A stretch of DNA of 64,000 nucleotides. It comes from an uncultured Clostridia bacterium (GTDB lineage: Bacteria; Bacillota; Clostridia; Christensenellales; UBA1242). Of this stretch, positions 62,492-64,000 are shown one piece after another. The stretch's first letter is position 1. Every line of letters starts with the position of its first letter. The DNA lies in contig CALWJZ010000001.1 of assembly GCA_944381145.1 (NCBI GenBank), positions 65,125 through 129,124 of the forward strand. The letters are read 5' to 3'. The position numbers were made by a program, and so were the translations under genes. Under the pieces are notes generated by a model. It did no database searches and was not told the origin of the DNA. It saw nothing but the letters and a program-made list of their open reading frames with translations.

Positions 62492-62586
62492 ATAAAAATT
62501 TCCTTTTCATTTGTATTATATATGCATAAGAATAATTTTTTATGAAACATATTGACTTTTTAATTTAATAGAATTATAATAATCGA

Positions 62587-63465
62587 ATGGAAAAGTGTTT
62601 AGAAAAAATTTTTAATCAATTAATTGAAGAAATTAAGCCATATTTAAATAAGAAAATCAATGATTTAAATTATTTTTTTCAATTTAATGAAGATAATCAA
62701 AAAATACATAATTTTTTAGTTGAATTCATTGAATCAAATTTTAAAAATATTGATGAATTTGATAATTTTAAATGTGAAATATTTGATTTAATTGATATAC
62801 ATAAAAATGAATTAAATGAAAATAAGAATACAGATAATTATTTTTTTTTACTAGATAATATATATTCATTATTGGATAAATATGAATTTACATTTATAGA
62901 AAATGACTATATAAAATTTGATAAAGAGTATAAACCTGATATAATATTTAATACCTTAGGAAATATAACATATTATCTAAGAAAATTAGACAATGAACAC
63001 ATTAAGTCATTGGTTATTCTTCCAAATGGCGAAACCTATTTAGCAAATTTTCTACACTGGGATTTGTGTAGTTGGCTAACATTAGAAGGCATTGATTTGC
63101 AAAATTCCATAAGAGTAAGTGTAAGTAAACCATATAAAGAGTTATCATTTAATAGTATAAATAATACTAATTATATACATTCTGATAAATCAAAAGAAAA
63201 TTTTAGAATTACTGAACAGCAAGCCGAATCATTAAAAAATATTTACTTGAAATTAAGCAAATATTTAAAAAATTTTCCAAGTATAGAACAAATTCTTATG
63301 AAAACTCAAAATTTTGGTTTTGGATATAATGATGAAGATAAAAGTTTGGCAAGAAAAAATTTATTAACTCTAGAAAATGCTTTTGGTAGTTCTCAATTTA
63401 ATAGTAATGAATATTTACGAATGTTGAAAGATGCAAATACCTCTCATGATTTTCGTGGCTTTTAA
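62587..63465 (+). CDS. Hypothetical protein (292 aa), no recognisable domain
   Basis: Clean ORF between two terminators. No obvious Shine-Dalgarno sequence before the ATG. I recognised no motifs. Confidence 0.5.
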   Translation: MEKCLEKIFNQLIEEIKPYLNKKINDLNYFFQFNEDNQKIHNFLVEFIESNFKNIDEFDNFKCEIFDLIDIHKNELNENKNTDNYFFLLDNIYSLLDKYEFTFIENDYIKFDKEYKPDIIFNTLGNITYYLRKLDNEHIKSLVILPNGETYLANFLHWDLCSWLTLEGIDLQNSIRVSVSKPYKELSFNSINNTNYIHSDKSKENFRITEQQAESLKNIYLKLSKYLKNFPSIEQILMKTQNFGFGYNDEDKSLARKNLLTLENAFGSSQFNSNEYLRMLKDANTSHDFRGF

Positions 63466-63500
63466 ATAAAAAACACATATTTTAAATATGTGTTTTTTTT
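63466..63500. terminator. Bidirectional terminator between the hypothetical gene and pnp
   Basis: ACACATAT (63473-63480) / ATATGTGT (63486-63493) with an A-run upstream and T7 downstream. Confidence 0.7.
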
Positions 63501-64000
63501 ATGCTTTATATTTACCCACTAGCTTTAAATCAACTTTACCATCATTAATTTTAATAACTTCAACTTCAACTTGGTCACCAATATTAACAACATCTTCAAC
63601 TTTTTCAACCCTTTTATTAGAAAGTTTTGAAATATGAATCATACCTTCTTTGTTAAAGCCAATTTCTACAAAAGCACCAAATTGAAGAATTTTTACTACT
63701 TTTCCAGTATAAATCTTTCCAATTTCAAGGTCTTCTGCAATAGATAAAATAATTTCTTTTGCTTTATTAGATTTTTCTTGATCTATACCGCAAATCATTA
63801 CAAGTCCATCGTCTTCTATATCCACTTTTACACCAGTTTCATCGATTATTTTGTTAATCATTTTTCCACCAGAACCAATAACATCTTTAATTTTATCTGG
63901 ATTTATTGTAAATGAGATAATTTTTGGAGCAAATGGACTGAGATTTGGTCTTGGACTACTCAATACTTCATTCATTTTGTTAAGAATAAATAATCTACCT
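63499..64000 (-). CDS. pnp: Polyribonucleotide nucleotidyltransferase (PNPase), C-terminal KH + S1 part; 5' end beyond the window
   Basis: KH motif 'IKDVIGSGGKMINKIIDETG' and S1 'GKIYTGKVVKILQFGAFVEI..GMIHISKL'. The frame stays open upstream of the listed Met to the window edge (..GRLFILNKMNEV..). Confidence 0.9.
   Translation of the reverse strand, partial: GRLFILNKMNEVLSSPRPNLSPFAPKIISFTINPDKIKDVIGSGGKMINKIIDETGVKVDIEDDGLVMICGIDQEKSNKAKEIILSIAEDLEIGKIYTGKVVKILQFGAFVEIGFNKEGMIHISKLSNKRVEKVEDVVNIGDQVEVEVIKINDGKVDLKLVGKYKA

Noticed and set aside
1-64000. Mollicutes-type genetic code 4 (TGA = Trp), suggested by the very low GC content
   Set aside because: TGA ends ftsK and rimO exactly at the expected C-termini in ATGA overlaps. 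All family-typical proteins are full length under code 11. The tRNA-Trp has anticodon CCA. A class A PBP and a peptidoglycan deacetylase indicate a walled organism.
1-64000. CRISPR arrays, rRNA genes, IS elements, toxin-antitoxin pairs
   Set aside because: Reading the intergenic regions turned up no regularly spaced direct repeats, rRNA-like sequence, transposase-like ORFs or small paired ORFs.

Overview
This is a strongly AT-rich bacterial chromosomal segment. Gene order is typical of low-GC Bacillota. It uses standard code 11: TGA terminates both ftsK and rimO, and the only tRNA here is tRNA-Trp with anticodon CCA. All calls rest on motif recognition in the supplied translations and on reading the DNA. 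No database search or computation was possible.

Most of the window is ordinary core genome:
- a cysteine desulfurase (5' end cut by the window) followed by thiI
- rny, tRNA-Trp and rnhA
- an ABC-2 transporter pair
- a TVP38/DedA-like membrane protein
- a membrane-tethered PadR-like regulator
- a YgjP/M48-like peptidase
- a XerS/XerC-like recombinase followed by lexA
- a tightly coupled miaB-mutS-mutL-miaA block
- a class A PBP
- a coupled ftsK-rimO-pgsA-cinA(like)-recA block
- a PdaB-like deacetylase
- the 3' end of pnp

The outstanding feature is one uninterrupted ORF of 29,823 nt (5184..35006, 9,940 codons, about 47% of the window). It has a near-consensus sigma-A-type promoter, a strong RBS, an N-terminal signal-anchor and a strong terminator. 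Its product reads as a giant surface protein. At least nine highly diverged GLUG-like beta-helix cassettes occur as four tandem pairs plus one singleton. They are separated by long S/T/N/Y-rich regions, which include:
- a dense cluster of CxxC pairs resembling tandem zinc ribbons
- a possible discoidin-like module
- a C-terminal prealbumin/Cna-B-like module

I saw no recognisable C-terminal wall anchor and no near-identical nucleotide repeats.

Secondary items are matching LexA boxes at lexA and recA, an orphan protein that looks like a catalytically degenerate nucleotidyltransferase set in unusually long non-coding flanks, and a degenerate CinA homologue. I saw no CRISPR array, transposase or prophage genes.
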